Shown one piece after another: positions 34,275 to 43,741 of a stretch of DNA of 64,000 bases. Both the position numbers and the translations under genes were made by a program. This stretch comes from Candidatus Babeliales bacterium (lineage in GTDB: Bacteria > Babelota > Babeliae > Babelales > JBFXEV01). The stretch's first letter is position 1, and each line of letters begins with the position of its first letter. The stretch is taken from the NCBI GenBank assembly GCA_050179755.1, contig JBFXEV010000001.1:613940-677939 (forward strand). The letters run 5' to 3'. Below the pieces are notes generated by a model. The model saw only the letters and a list, made by a program, of their open reading frames with translations. It was not told the DNA's origin and made no database searches.

Positions 34275-36935
34275 TCAATTAACAGAACCTACTTTAAATA
34301 CGCTCATGTTCTTGGAATTAAATACCTTTTTTACCGCATCACGCACTTCTTGCACCGTGATCTTTTTAAGCTCATCAATACGCGTTACATAATAGTCATA
34401 CGGCAGTTCATAATCATGCAAAAAAGCAAACGAGCTTGCAATAGAATTATTGGTAGAATATTGATCATTAATAGTATTAATTAGGGCGTTTTGCGCATCA
34501 TAAAGATCATGCTCAGTAAACGAATCTGCCGCATGATCAATAAAATGTAAAATCATGTCTTGTGCTTCTTGTGCTCGCGTTTGAGAAACTTGCGTTTTAA
34601 TGACTGCATAACCAGGGCGTTTGGAAACGTTACTAATTACGGATCCTGCAATGCCATAAAAGGCATTACTTTGCTCGCGCAAGGTAAATAACTTTTTATT
34701 GAGCACTTGGTTAAACAGCGCCAGTGCGTGAAAATCTTTATGACGGCGATCAATTGATGGACCACATACTGCAAGCATTATTTGCTCACGTTCAATAGGG
34801 TGTAGTATTGTTTCTGGTTTATGTTTAGGTAACGTTTGATATGTGATATCTTTAACTCTTAGTCCCTGCCATTTGCCAAACGTATGCTCGACAATTTTTC
34901 GTAGGTTTAATCCATTCAAATCACCAACAATCACTAGTGTTGCACCTTGCGGGCTGTAATATTTGGCATGAAAATCATGGAGCATGTTGGGTGTTATGGC
35001 CGCAATGCTTTCTGGCGTGCCTAATGTGTTAGGGCATTGACCTTGCCACATATGCTTATCAATTAAATAATCTAAAATAGAATCTGGGTTATCCCAGAAC
35101 TTTTTATAGTAAGCAAGCACGTGCTGTTTAATTTTTTCTAAATTGTTAGTATCAAAACGGGGATTTGCAATAATATCTGTTGCCAGTTCCATGCTCATTG
35201 CAGCATTTTGTGTAAGCACGTTCATGGTAAATGAACCAATACCAGTGGTAACCCCTGCACCATAGCGCTCAAGTTCTTCCATGAGGTTTTTCTTGGAGCG
35301 TGTTTTGGTTCCTTCAAGAAGCATTGCATTAAGAATTGAGCAGAGACCGGGTGCTTTCTTGGGTTCATACCAACTATCAAATTTAAATTGTAAATTAATA
35401 GTTACTTTCGGGATATTATCATTATGATAATAGAGCACTTTAAGGCCATTGTCGAGCATAAATTCTTGCGGCACTGCAATATCATGCACGTTTGGTTCAC
35501 GCGCAATAACCTTATGCATATAGACCGGCGCTTCAACTGGTGATATCCGCTTTTTATCTTGCAATAATTGGGCATCTTCTTGGTTTGATTGTGTTTGCAA
35601 TTGCTTCCAAGTCTCATGCTCTTCAGGTGGTAACGGCATTAGCAAGCCGGTGTGCATTATTGAAGGCCGCAAATAATTGCATACCAGTTGTTGTATGTCA
35701 TGCATAATTGATGTTATAGTGCTCGTAAAATAATTAAAGAGCGCATCGTCATGCCCTGTTGCAAGATACAGGCGGCCAATAGTTTCTGCTTGACTGTGAT
35801 TTGATTCAAGCATATCAAAAAAACTTGATTGGATTTTTTGCACCGTCCATGCAACTTCATTTTGTGTTGGTCCATATATTTTTAAACGTTCAAGTTCATT
35901 CCAAATAATAGCATGAATTGTAGGTATTGTTGCCGCATCATGTGGTTCAAATATAATCCACAACGTATCAGCATCAAATAAGCCAAAAGAATGTACGCTT
36001 ATACTGGTAACAAGTTGTTCTTCATCAACTAATCTTTTGTATAAACGTGAATCTCTGCCACCCGCAAGAATACGTTCAAGCACTTCAAAGGCTATAGGTT
36101 GCCCTGCTTTTGCGCCCGGTATTTTAAATAGTGCAATGGCAGTGGGTTTTTGCACGTCGCGATAAAGTGTTATGTTTTTAGTTTCTATATCTGTGTGATT
36201 GCTCCATTCTTTTTGATGGTATGCCCAATTAGGCTGCATGTGGCCAAAAGTGGCGGTCGCGCGTTCAATAACATCATTAACTTCTACATTGCCAACTATC
36301 ACCAATACAGCGTTATTAGGTATATAATGTTTTTTATAGAATGCATATAATCTATCACGCGAGAGGGCTTGAAGATCTGATTTAAATCCAATTATAGGAT
36401 AATGGTACGGATGATCGGGGAATAATGCAGTTATCATTTCCATCATCAAATGGCGCAAAAAATTATCATGATGATTTTTCATTTCTTGAATCACCACTTG
36501 CACCTCAGCATTCAAAAGATCCTGTTTAAACGTGCAATTTTGCATCATATCTGCAAACATCGGGAGCGCCTCAAACCAATGTTGTGAGGGAAAATTTAAA
36601 AAATAGCGCGTATAATCGTAGCTGGTTGCTGCGTTAAAGGAGCCTGATAATTTTGCTGCAGTTAAGCGCACGTCAGTTTCACTCATATTGTCTGTGCCTT
36701 TAAAACACATGTGCTCAAGCCAATGCGCAAGTCCTTTTTCGGAGTCAGCTTCATGTTTGGAACCAACATTAAACCAAAGTTGCGTGCTTACTTTTTGTGC
36801 TGTTTTAACGGGGCGTACGAGAATGGTCATACCATTTTCAAGTACATGTTTGTGCACATGTTTACCAGCGGATGCTGTTAGAGCACACGCGAATAATGAT
36901 AGATATAAAAATAGGTGAATTAGCTTTTTATGCAT
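34275..36935 (-). CDS. Secreted M16 family zinc peptidase, 886 aa (paralog b)
   Basis: Signal MHKKLIHLFLYLSLFACALTASA. GLAHWLEHMCFKGT. N-terminal ~130 aa nearly collinear and highly similar to paralog a. Confidence 0.88.
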   Translation of the reverse strand: MHKKLIHLFLYLSLFACALTASAGKHVHKHVLENGMTILVRPVKTAQKVSTQLWFNVGSKHEADSEKGLAHWLEHMCFKGTDNMSETDVRLTAAKLSGSFNAATSYDYTRYFLNFPSQHWFEALPMFADMMQNCTFKQDLLNAEVQVVIQEMKNHHDNFLRHLMMEMITALFPDHPYHYPIIGFKSDLQALSRDRLYAFYKKHYIPNNAVLVIVGNVEVNDVIERATATFGHMQPNWAYHQKEWSNHTDIETKNITLYRDVQKPTAIALFKIPGAKAGQPIAFEVLERILAGGRDSRLYKRLVDEEQLVTSISVHSFGLFDADTLWIIFEPHDAATIPTIHAIIWNELERLKIYGPTQNEVAWTVQKIQSSFFDMLESNHSQAETIGRLYLATGHDDALFNYFTSTITSIMHDIQQLVCNYLRPSIMHTGLLMPLPPEEHETWKQLQTQSNQEDAQLLQDKKRISPVEAPVYMHKVIAREPNVHDIAVPQEFMLDNGLKVLYYHNDNIPKVTINLQFKFDSWYEPKKAPGLCSILNAMLLEGTKTRSKKNLMEELERYGAGVTTGIGSFTMNVLTQNAAMSMELATDIIANPRFDTNNLEKIKQHVLAYYKKFWDNPDSILDYLIDKHMWQGQCPNTLGTPESIAAITPNMLHDFHAKYYSPQGATLVIVGDLNGLNLRKIVEHTFGKWQGLRVKDITYQTLPKHKPETILHPIEREQIMLAVCGPSIDRRHKDFHALALFNQVLNKKLFTLREQSNAFYGIAGSVISNVSKRPGYAVIKTQVSQTRAQEAQDMILHFIDHAADSFTEHDLYDAQNALINTINDQYSTNNSIASSFAFLHDYELPYDYYVTRIDELKKITVQEVRDAVKKVFNSKNMSVFKVGSVN

Positions 36936-37009
36936 TATTGATCTCTCTATTTTTTAAGATGTTGTACTATTCTTAGTGTAGCGTGACTTAGCAATAGCGT
37001 CTAATGGAT

Positions 37010-37036
37010 AAAAAAAAGGCTGCTTTTAAACAGCCC
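37010..37036 (-). terminator. Intrinsic terminator downstream of M16 paralog c
   Basis: On the minus-strand RNA: GGGCUG-UUUAAAAG-CAGCCU followed by a U7-8 run (the plus-strand A run at 37010-37017). Confidence 0.55.
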
Positions 37037-37041
37037 TATTA

Positions 37042-39681
37042 TTATTTTATTCTGCCAATTTTAATTTTTGCCAGTTTATTGCTATCCAAGAATTTCTTGC
37101 ACGTTGCAAGAACGTCTTGCTTAGTAATTTTTGCAAGATGTTGTGCACGCGTATCGTAATAATCCATAGGCAAATGATAGCGTTCTAAGAATAAAAATGT
37201 TGCTGCAATGCTGCGGTTGGCCTCAAAGTTATTAACCATTGAATTGGCAAGTGCGTTATACGCTTGCGCAAATTCTTCATCATCAATGGTATTGCATGCG
37301 GTATTGATTGTATGTTCAATCGCTTTTTCAGCTTCTTCCAGTCTATCGAGTGAGACAATAGTTTTTATAAATACCATGCCAGGTTGTTTGTCGCTGCTGG
37401 CAAGCAAGGACCCGCCAATAGTATAAAAGAGCCCGGATTGTTCACGCAGCTCAAATAACCGAGAACTCATAGAGCCCAGCACGCCACCGGTGAATATTTG
37501 ATTGAATAACAGTAACTTATCGTATTCTGGATCAAGGCGAGAAACAGAAAGCCCTGCATAGGTGAGCACTATTTGATCGCGATTGATCGGGTAATTAAGA
37601 ACCTCTTGTTTTTCTATTGGCGCAAGTGGAGGGAAAACAGTTTCTTTAACTTCAGGGCCCTGCCATGCGCCGAGTGTGCGTTCAAGCAAAGCTGGAATAT
37701 CGTAGCCAGATAAATCACCCACAATTGCCATTATTGTGCCTTTTGGTGTGATGGCTTGCTTATAACATTGATTAAGAAGTTCTTGATCAATATTTTTAAG
37801 TGATTCGGGGGTGCCCATTGCTTGTTTTGCGTAGGGGTGGTTTTTATAAATAATCTCTTGTGCAAGTTGTGATGCAAACTCAGAAGGCGTATCCCAAAAG
37901 TTTTTAATGCTTGCATATAATTGCGAGCGCACTTTATTGATCGCTTCTTTAGGGAAATTGGATTCCGTTAAAATTTCAAGTAATAACCCAAGCCCTTTTT
38001 CAAGATCTTGGCTTAACATATTCATATTAATAAGCCCTGGTGATGCGCCAAAACTCATGCCGTTACTTTCAATCACATTGGCAAGCTGTTCGCCAGTATG
38101 TTTTTTAGTACCTTCAGAAAGCATGGCACTCATAAACATGTTGAGGCCTTGCAAGTCTTCTGGGTCATAATAATATTTTGTCTTTAAATCCAGAAGTAAC
38201 TCAACCTTAGGGATGTTTGGGTTATGGTAAAATAATATTTTTAAACCATTAGGCAGTGTAATTGATTGAGGTTTAGGGAAGTTAAATGGTTTTGGTTTGT
38301 CAGTGCAAATAGTATGCACGTGCACACCTTTTTCTACTTCAACTTCGCGCTTTATGCGTGAGAGCACGCGGGCATCTTCTTGGTCGGAGCGGTCTTGAAA
38401 ATGATGCCACAGATCTTTATCTTGGTCTTTGAATGGCAGCACTACGCCCGTATGCTCAAGCGTTGGGCGCACGAAGAAATGTATAATTTCTTTAATATCT
38501 TTTTCAATTTCTTCTGGGCTTTCAGTGCCATACGTAAACATAAAATTGGGTTCACCAAGTGCCAAGTAAGTTTGGCCGATGATATATGCCTGCTTTTGTG
38601 TGTTTTCAAGCACGGATAAGTATTTAGTTTTGGCTTGTTTTATGGCGCGCTTAAGCTCATCTTGGCTAAAGCCGTTTTGCGCAATATCTTCTAGCTGGGC
38701 ATTGATGATATCAGTAATTTTTTGTATATCTTTTGCATCGTTTGGTTGAAAGTAAATAAAGAGTATGCCGCAATCAAATAAGTCATACGTAAAAGCTTCA
38801 AGCTCAGTGCATAATTGCATTTCGTGTATAAGTTTTTTTTGTAATCGTGAGCTTTTGCCAAGCCCAATTAGCCAGCATAAAACTTCTAAGGCAAAGTCTT
38901 TGCTTGAACGTGCTCCAGGAACGGTAAAAGCAAGCGCTGCAAACGGTTGCTGCACGTCACGATAGATGGTTACCGATTTGCCACCAATTTCTGGTGAAAA
39001 GTAAAATTCTTCTTTTTTGTAATCAAAGTTTGGCTTAATACAACCAAACTCTTTTTCAGCTTCGGCAAATACTTGCTCAGGATCAACGTCACCCACCACA
39101 ACGAGCGTTGCATTATTGGGTATATAATGCTCTTTATAAAATGCAATAAGTTGATCGCGCTTTAGATTCCAGAGATCTTGTTTAAAGCCAATAATAGGGT
39201 GTTGGTACGGATGGCCAGAGAAAATGGATCCGATCATATCTTCAATAAGTGATGAAGTATAGTCATCGCGGTACATTTTAAGTTCCTGAATAACTGCCTT
39301 AAGTTCAGAATTTAATAGTTCTTCTTTAAAGGTGCAATTGGCCATGCAATCTGCCATAATAGGCAATGCTTGCCGCCAATTTTGGCTTGGTAGATTAAAT
39401 AAGTAGCCAGTGTAATCAAATGAAGTAAAGGCGTTACAATCACCAGAAAGCTTGTTCACGATCATATTAATATCTGACTCTGATAGCTTTTTGGTGCCCT
39501 TAAAGATCATGTGCTCAATTAAATGCGCAATGCCCTTTTGGCCAGTTTTTTCATCTTTGGAGCCTACGTTATACCAAAGTTGGATTGAGACCTTAGGTAT
39601 GTTATGGGTAGGTCTGACAAGAACTGTCAGACCATTTTTTAATTTTTTCTCAAATACGTGATTAATAGAAGCGTGTGTCAT
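37042..39681 (-). CDS. M16 family zinc peptidase without a signal peptide, 879 aa (paralog c)
   Basis: Starts MTHASINHVFEKKLKNGLTVLVRP with no hydrophobic leader. GIAHLIEHMIFKGT. Same two-half architecture. Confidence 0.88.
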   Translation of the reverse strand: MTHASINHVFEKKLKNGLTVLVRPTHNIPKVSIQLWYNVGSKDEKTGQKGIAHLIEHMIFKGTKKLSESDINMIVNKLSGDCNAFTSFDYTGYLFNLPSQNWRQALPIMADCMANCTFKEELLNSELKAVIQELKMYRDDYTSSLIEDMIGSIFSGHPYQHPIIGFKQDLWNLKRDQLIAFYKEHYIPNNATLVVVGDVDPEQVFAEAEKEFGCIKPNFDYKKEEFYFSPEIGGKSVTIYRDVQQPFAALAFTVPGARSSKDFALEVLCWLIGLGKSSRLQKKLIHEMQLCTELEAFTYDLFDCGILFIYFQPNDAKDIQKITDIINAQLEDIAQNGFSQDELKRAIKQAKTKYLSVLENTQKQAYIIGQTYLALGEPNFMFTYGTESPEEIEKDIKEIIHFFVRPTLEHTGVVLPFKDQDKDLWHHFQDRSDQEDARVLSRIKREVEVEKGVHVHTICTDKPKPFNFPKPQSITLPNGLKILFYHNPNIPKVELLLDLKTKYYYDPEDLQGLNMFMSAMLSEGTKKHTGEQLANVIESNGMSFGASPGLINMNMLSQDLEKGLGLLLEILTESNFPKEAINKVRSQLYASIKNFWDTPSEFASQLAQEIIYKNHPYAKQAMGTPESLKNIDQELLNQCYKQAITPKGTIMAIVGDLSGYDIPALLERTLGAWQGPEVKETVFPPLAPIEKQEVLNYPINRDQIVLTYAGLSVSRLDPEYDKLLLFNQIFTGGVLGSMSSRLFELREQSGLFYTIGGSLLASSDKQPGMVFIKTIVSLDRLEEAEKAIEHTINTACNTIDDEEFAQAYNALANSMVNNFEANRSIAATFLFLERYHLPMDYYDTRAQHLAKITKQDVLATCKKFLDSNKLAKIKIGRIK

Positions 39682-39768
39682 AAGGCTTTAAATCTCTTTT
39701 GGTAAGGCTATCTTAAGAATTTTAGGATAGCCTAGATTGCCAAAAAGAGCAAAACCCGAGCAAGGTTA

Positions 39769-41202
39769 TTAAAGTAAGCGTGCTTGCAGCCCATCGAGAG
39801 TTACTTGTAAATTTCTAAGCGCTTTCGCCAGTTTATCTTTTTGCTGATCAGCTTGCGCACGCCTTGCAGCTTCTTCTTGTTCGCGCTGGAGTTTTTCAGC
39901 TTGTGCTCGCTGTGCATTTTCTTCTTGAATCTGTTTCAGCCTTGCTTCTTGCTCTAGCCTAACCTTTTCTTGTTGGCGTTTTTTTGCCTCTTCTAATTCA
40001 CGTTTTGCTTTTGCTTCTAATTCTCGTTTGCGTTTTTCTTCTGCTTGTTTTAAACGCTCTTGTTCTAAACGCAGTGCTTCTTGTTGCTGACGTTGGCCAT
40101 TTGTGGGTTGCGGTGGGGTTATCACTGGTTGCGTAGCACCTATTCGCTGATAAAAAAGCATATAGCTTTGATGTATACTTTCTCTGCCATTTTCACCCAT
40201 TATTTCCATTTGGTTCCAGTCCACTTCTTGTACTCGACTATCGTTGCAATAGTACCAGGTGTTATTAGATCGCACGTATGCAATGTAATGCCCCGCTCGT
40301 AGCTCACCCATCTGAACAATTGCACCAATTAAACGATAGTTTGGAGCATTTGTTGTTGGTTTTGCCATATAGGGGCCAAAATTTACCACTTCCTCTACGG
40401 TGATATTTTGTTCTAATTTCTTAAGCTGCCCACTAAAAGGATCTTGCTCAAAGCGCTTGAGTGCTATTATGACTATTTCATTAAGATGATTTATGGCGAT
40501 TCTTCTGTTGCAATTAGGGATTTCTTTTCTGTTATGTTTCAAAAGATCTTGCCGTTGTGTTTTTTCAGCATCACTTAAGTCAAGGCGATAATAGTTATTA
40601 GGATCATTCAGTTGTTCTGTTTTAAAGAAATTTTGTAAACACGCTTTCACTGTAGTTAAATTGCCAACTTCAGGACTTATGAATAATTCATAGTCAACGC
40701 GTGTACGTTCAAAATTAATACTGGGGCAGGCTACAATACTTGCCTGTCCATAATTGAGTATTTTCCCAATAGGATGATCTCTCTTTAATCTGTTGGGATC
40801 ACGATATTGTGCTCCTTGAAAGCGTGGATCTTCTTCCATAAGAAAGTTAAGTATGCGGCTTACAAATTCATGTGCATCCTGGTGCCCGCAACCACCCATT
40901 ACTTTATATGCATGATCATGTATAAAGGTATAAAGTGATTGATTATTTTGCCCAAGATCGCGGCCTTTGTTCATTTCTTTCATTAATTGTACAAAGCTTG
41001 CACTAAAGCTATTTGCAGGGTAAGCAATATTTTGAGTGAGTAAATAGTTTCTGAGCGGCACAGTGTTATACAAATTTTGCAACGTAGCATTAACATAACA
41101 TGTAGCGCCAAAGTTATTAAGGCCAGGCGGCCGTGCACAAAAAAGAATGTGACTTGAACAGCATATAAGAGACGCTAATATAATATATTTTTTTAAAACC
41201 AT
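39769..41202 (-). CDS. Signal-peptide-bearing ubiquitin-specific protease (USP/UBP, peptidase C19) with a C-terminal coiled coil
   Basis: AAAGGAA RBS. Signal MVLKKYIILASLICCSSHILFCA. Cys box GLNNFGATCYVNATLQNL, then GHQDAHEF, then His box GHYIAYVRSNNTWYYCNDSRV, then YMLFYQR. About 110 aa of E/K/R/Q-rich tail. Confidence 0.85.
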   Translation of the reverse strand: MVLKKYIILASLICCSSHILFCARPPGLNNFGATCYVNATLQNLYNTVPLRNYLLTQNIAYPANSFSASFVQLMKEMNKGRDLGQNNQSLYTFIHDHAYKVMGGCGHQDAHEFVSRILNFLMEEDPRFQGAQYRDPNRLKRDHPIGKILNYGQASIVACPSINFERTRVDYELFISPEVGNLTTVKACLQNFFKTEQLNDPNNYYRLDLSDAEKTQRQDLLKHNRKEIPNCNRRIAINHLNEIVIIALKRFEQDPFSGQLKKLEQNITVEEVVNFGPYMAKPTTNAPNYRLIGAIVQMGELRAGHYIAYVRSNNTWYYCNDSRVQEVDWNQMEIMGENGRESIHQSYMLFYQRIGATQPVITPPQPTNGQRQQQEALRLEQERLKQAEEKRKRELEAKAKRELEEAKKRQQEKVRLEQEARLKQIQEENAQRAQAEKLQREQEEAARRAQADQQKDKLAKALRNLQVTLDGLQARLL

Positions 41203-41231
41203 GGCATTCCTTTTTTGTATTTGTTCATTTT

Positions 41232-42866
41232 CTATTTACTCATATAGCTTGTGCATTTTTCTCTACCAAAAAAGAGACCAACCTTATGTAAATCAATATC
41301 TTTAAATTTATACCATGCAGCAATAAAATCTGAGGTAATATTAAGTCTTTTGGGCGTATGTTTTATTATTTTAGAGATACCTTTAGCAGCGGCAAGCATT
41401 TGGTTGAATATGCTGTCTACGCGTTGTAGCAATGTTTTTTTTCTAAAAAGAACCATATCTATACTGTTGTATAAATATTTATCGCAAAGATAATTTTTAT
41501 TGTTTTCGCATTTAAATTTCCAGGCGTAAAGATCGTTAGTAATATGTTCATGCGGTATTAACTCTTTTTTTGTTTTTTTATCAATGAATGGTTCACTTTG
41601 TGCAAAATTTAAATAAAACGCGTAGGCAAAAGTTCTTTCAAGCTCTGTAATGCAGGTGGGAATATCTAGGGCGTCAATAAGCTCGACCGATCCATTTGTA
41701 ATAATGAAATGCTCTTGTTTGCTTTCTCGTAGTATATCATTCAATATATGATTAATTTTGTTATATGTTAAAGAAATACAATGCACATTATCATATAATT
41801 GTTCTAATGATTTAAAAGAAACCCCTTCTTTTTTAGGGGGATTATAAATTATGTATATATCTTTAAAACCCGTTGCATGTTGTAGCAGTGAATTAATAAA
41901 ATTGTTAATTTGCTCAAGGTTGTTATCAGATAAAATTATTACATCTGCACGAGCAGTTTTATATTGAGCTAATCTGTTTAGTTTTGGTTCATTAATTTGT
42001 GGGTACTGAGGTCTGCTTCTAATGTCTTGGCTTGCAGGTTTAATAAGATGGTTAGTAAGTTTTGCGGTGAGAAAAGGATTTTCTCTATTGTAGATATAAA
42101 GAATGTCAGGAATGAATGCAAATTTATCACCGCACATTTCAAGCATAGGAAAATAGGTAGCTGCATCGTTGCCTAGCGGGAAAAATTTACCTTGATATCC
42201 TGGAACCTGTTCGTTGATCACGTCTTCTAATTTAATGTTCTTAAATAGCCATGCGTAAAACGTACGTAAATGTGTATAGACCCAACGGGGCCAAGTTCTG
42301 AAAGAGCGATTAGCGATAACGTTTGCAGGTACTGGTGTACAAATATCTGCTTGACTGCCATCATGACCTTTAAATTGCCCATAGGTGAGCCATACTTGTT
42401 TTTCTTGATATGTTCTATTTAAAATAGAAAAAACTTGATCATGTGCCAGCCAATCATCACCATCAACCTGCACAATGATTTCATTGTCATCACAAGTGTG
42501 AAATAAGTTATAAATATTTTTCATTTTCTTACAGCGTTTTGTATTGACTTGTAATGTTAATTTTTCGTGTAAATTGTGTAAATCAATGTATTGTTGCACA
42601 AGCATTGCAGTATTGTCGCTAGAGCCGTCATCAATATAAACGACTCTAAAGTTTGAGTAATCCTGCATAAAAATAGAGTCTAGATTTTTTTTTACCCATG
42701 GCTCATTATTGTAGGCACTTACAGAGATCACAAAGGGTAATTCTGTTGGTAATTTGATAGTTGCGTTGAGTTGGAGATATGTATTGACTATAACATATAT
42801 GAAACACAACTTATTTTTCATACCTAACTCCACTCTGGTTTTGGCACGGTTATTCTTTATGAACAT
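41232..42866 (-). CDS. Membrane-anchored family 2 glycosyltransferase with an unassigned C-terminal domain (paralog 1)
   Basis: Hydrophobic LCFIYVIVNTYLQL, then the GT2 core FVISVSAYNNEPWVKKNLDSIFMQDYSNFRVVYIDDGSSDNT and DGDDWL. About 270 aa of extra C-terminal region. Confidence 0.8.
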   Translation of the reverse strand: MFIKNNRAKTRVELGMKNKLCFIYVIVNTYLQLNATIKLPTELPFVISVSAYNNEPWVKKNLDSIFMQDYSNFRVVYIDDGSSDNTAMLVQQYIDLHNLHEKLTLQVNTKRCKKMKNIYNLFHTCDDNEIIVQVDGDDWLAHDQVFSILNRTYQEKQVWLTYGQFKGHDGSQADICTPVPANVIANRSFRTWPRWVYTHLRTFYAWLFKNIKLEDVINEQVPGYQGKFFPLGNDAATYFPMLEMCGDKFAFIPDILYIYNRENPFLTAKLTNHLIKPASQDIRSRPQYPQINEPKLNRLAQYKTARADVIILSDNNLEQINNFINSLLQHATGFKDIYIIYNPPKKEGVSFKSLEQLYDNVHCISLTYNKINHILNDILRESKQEHFIITNGSVELIDALDIPTCITELERTFAYAFYLNFAQSEPFIDKKTKKELIPHEHITNDLYAWKFKCENNKNYLCDKYLYNSIDMVLFRKKTLLQRVDSIFNQMLAAAKGISKIIKHTPKRLNITSDFIAAWYKFKDIDLHKVGLFFGREKCTSYMSK

Positions 42867-43040
42867 TTTATAGTAGTCATATTCAACAAAGCAAGATTTT
42901 GCCTGAATAGGCCAAAGAAAAGAGCATTCTATTTAATATAAGGGAATTTTATACATCTTGGCTTCTTAAATATTGTTTTTTTAAAGGTAATTAGATTACA
43001 GTTAATTTAAGAAAGAATAAATGTAAATTGAGGGGGGATA

Positions 43041-43724
43041 ATGAATAAAAGCGTTATATTGGCAAAATGTGGTATTTGTTTTTGGATGTTGCTGCCATTC
43101 AATAATAGTTTAGGCCTTGGGCGGCTGCAAAATAAAAAAAATAAAGTTCAAAGCGCGCAAGAGCGTGCATCAAAGGCAAAGAAGGCTTTATACAATACTT
43201 GCCCTACTGCCCCTAAAAACTTAAAAATAGCAACAGCACAGAGTTTGGCCGTTAGTAGGTCGTTTACTGATATATGGTCAATTTCAAAGGAATTATTTGA
43301 CTACATTACGCATTTGCTGCCTCAAGGTTCTACTATTTTAGAACTAGGGAGTGGTTGGGGGACTGGAGAACTTGCTAAAAAATATACCATGTATTCAATT
43401 GAGAATGATTCTAATTGGCTTCACAAGTATAAGAGCACGTATATTTTTGCTCCAATAATAGATGGATGGTATGATACTGCGGTACTCAGTAAACAGCTAC
43501 CAGAAAAATATGATCTTATATTAATTGATGGTCCTCCTGCTGCTATTGGCCGAAACAAATTCTATACAAATATTCATCTTTTTAATACAAATGTTCCTAT
43601 GATTTTTGATGACGTAAATAGACCTGACGAAAAGGCCTTACTTACACAAGTAGCAGCATATCTAAACAGACCATTCAAGATATGTAAAAGTAGAGGTAAG
43701 CAGTTTGGCGTGATTTTGCCATAA
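43041..43724 (+). CDS. Exported SAM-methyltransferase-like protein resembling DUF579 / Polysacc_synt_4 polysaccharide O-methyltransferases
   Basis: GAGGGGGG RBS. Signal-like ILAKCGICFWMLLPF. ILELGSGWGTG (motif I). YDLILIDGPPAAIGRN and FDDVNRPDEKAL resemble the xylan methyltransferase family blocks as I recall them. Confidence 0.55.
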   Translation: MNKSVILAKCGICFWMLLPFNNSLGLGRLQNKKNKVQSAQERASKAKKALYNTCPTAPKNLKIATAQSLAVSRSFTDIWSISKELFDYITHLLPQGSTILELGSGWGTGELAKKYTMYSIENDSNWLHKYKSTYIFAPIIDGWYDTAVLSKQLPEKYDLILIDGPPAAIGRNKFYTNIHLFNTNVPMIFDDVNRPDEKALLTQVAAYLNRPFKICKSRGKQFGVILP

Positions 43725-43741
43725 TTTGTAAATATTGTTTA

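Noticed and set aside
39705-39733. 8-bp inverted repeat AGGCTATC/GATAGCCT downstream of the USP gene, considered as a terminator.
   Set aside because: No U-tract follows on either strand and the loop is 13 nt. It may be a protein-binding palindrome in the M16c promoter region, but I cannot support a call.
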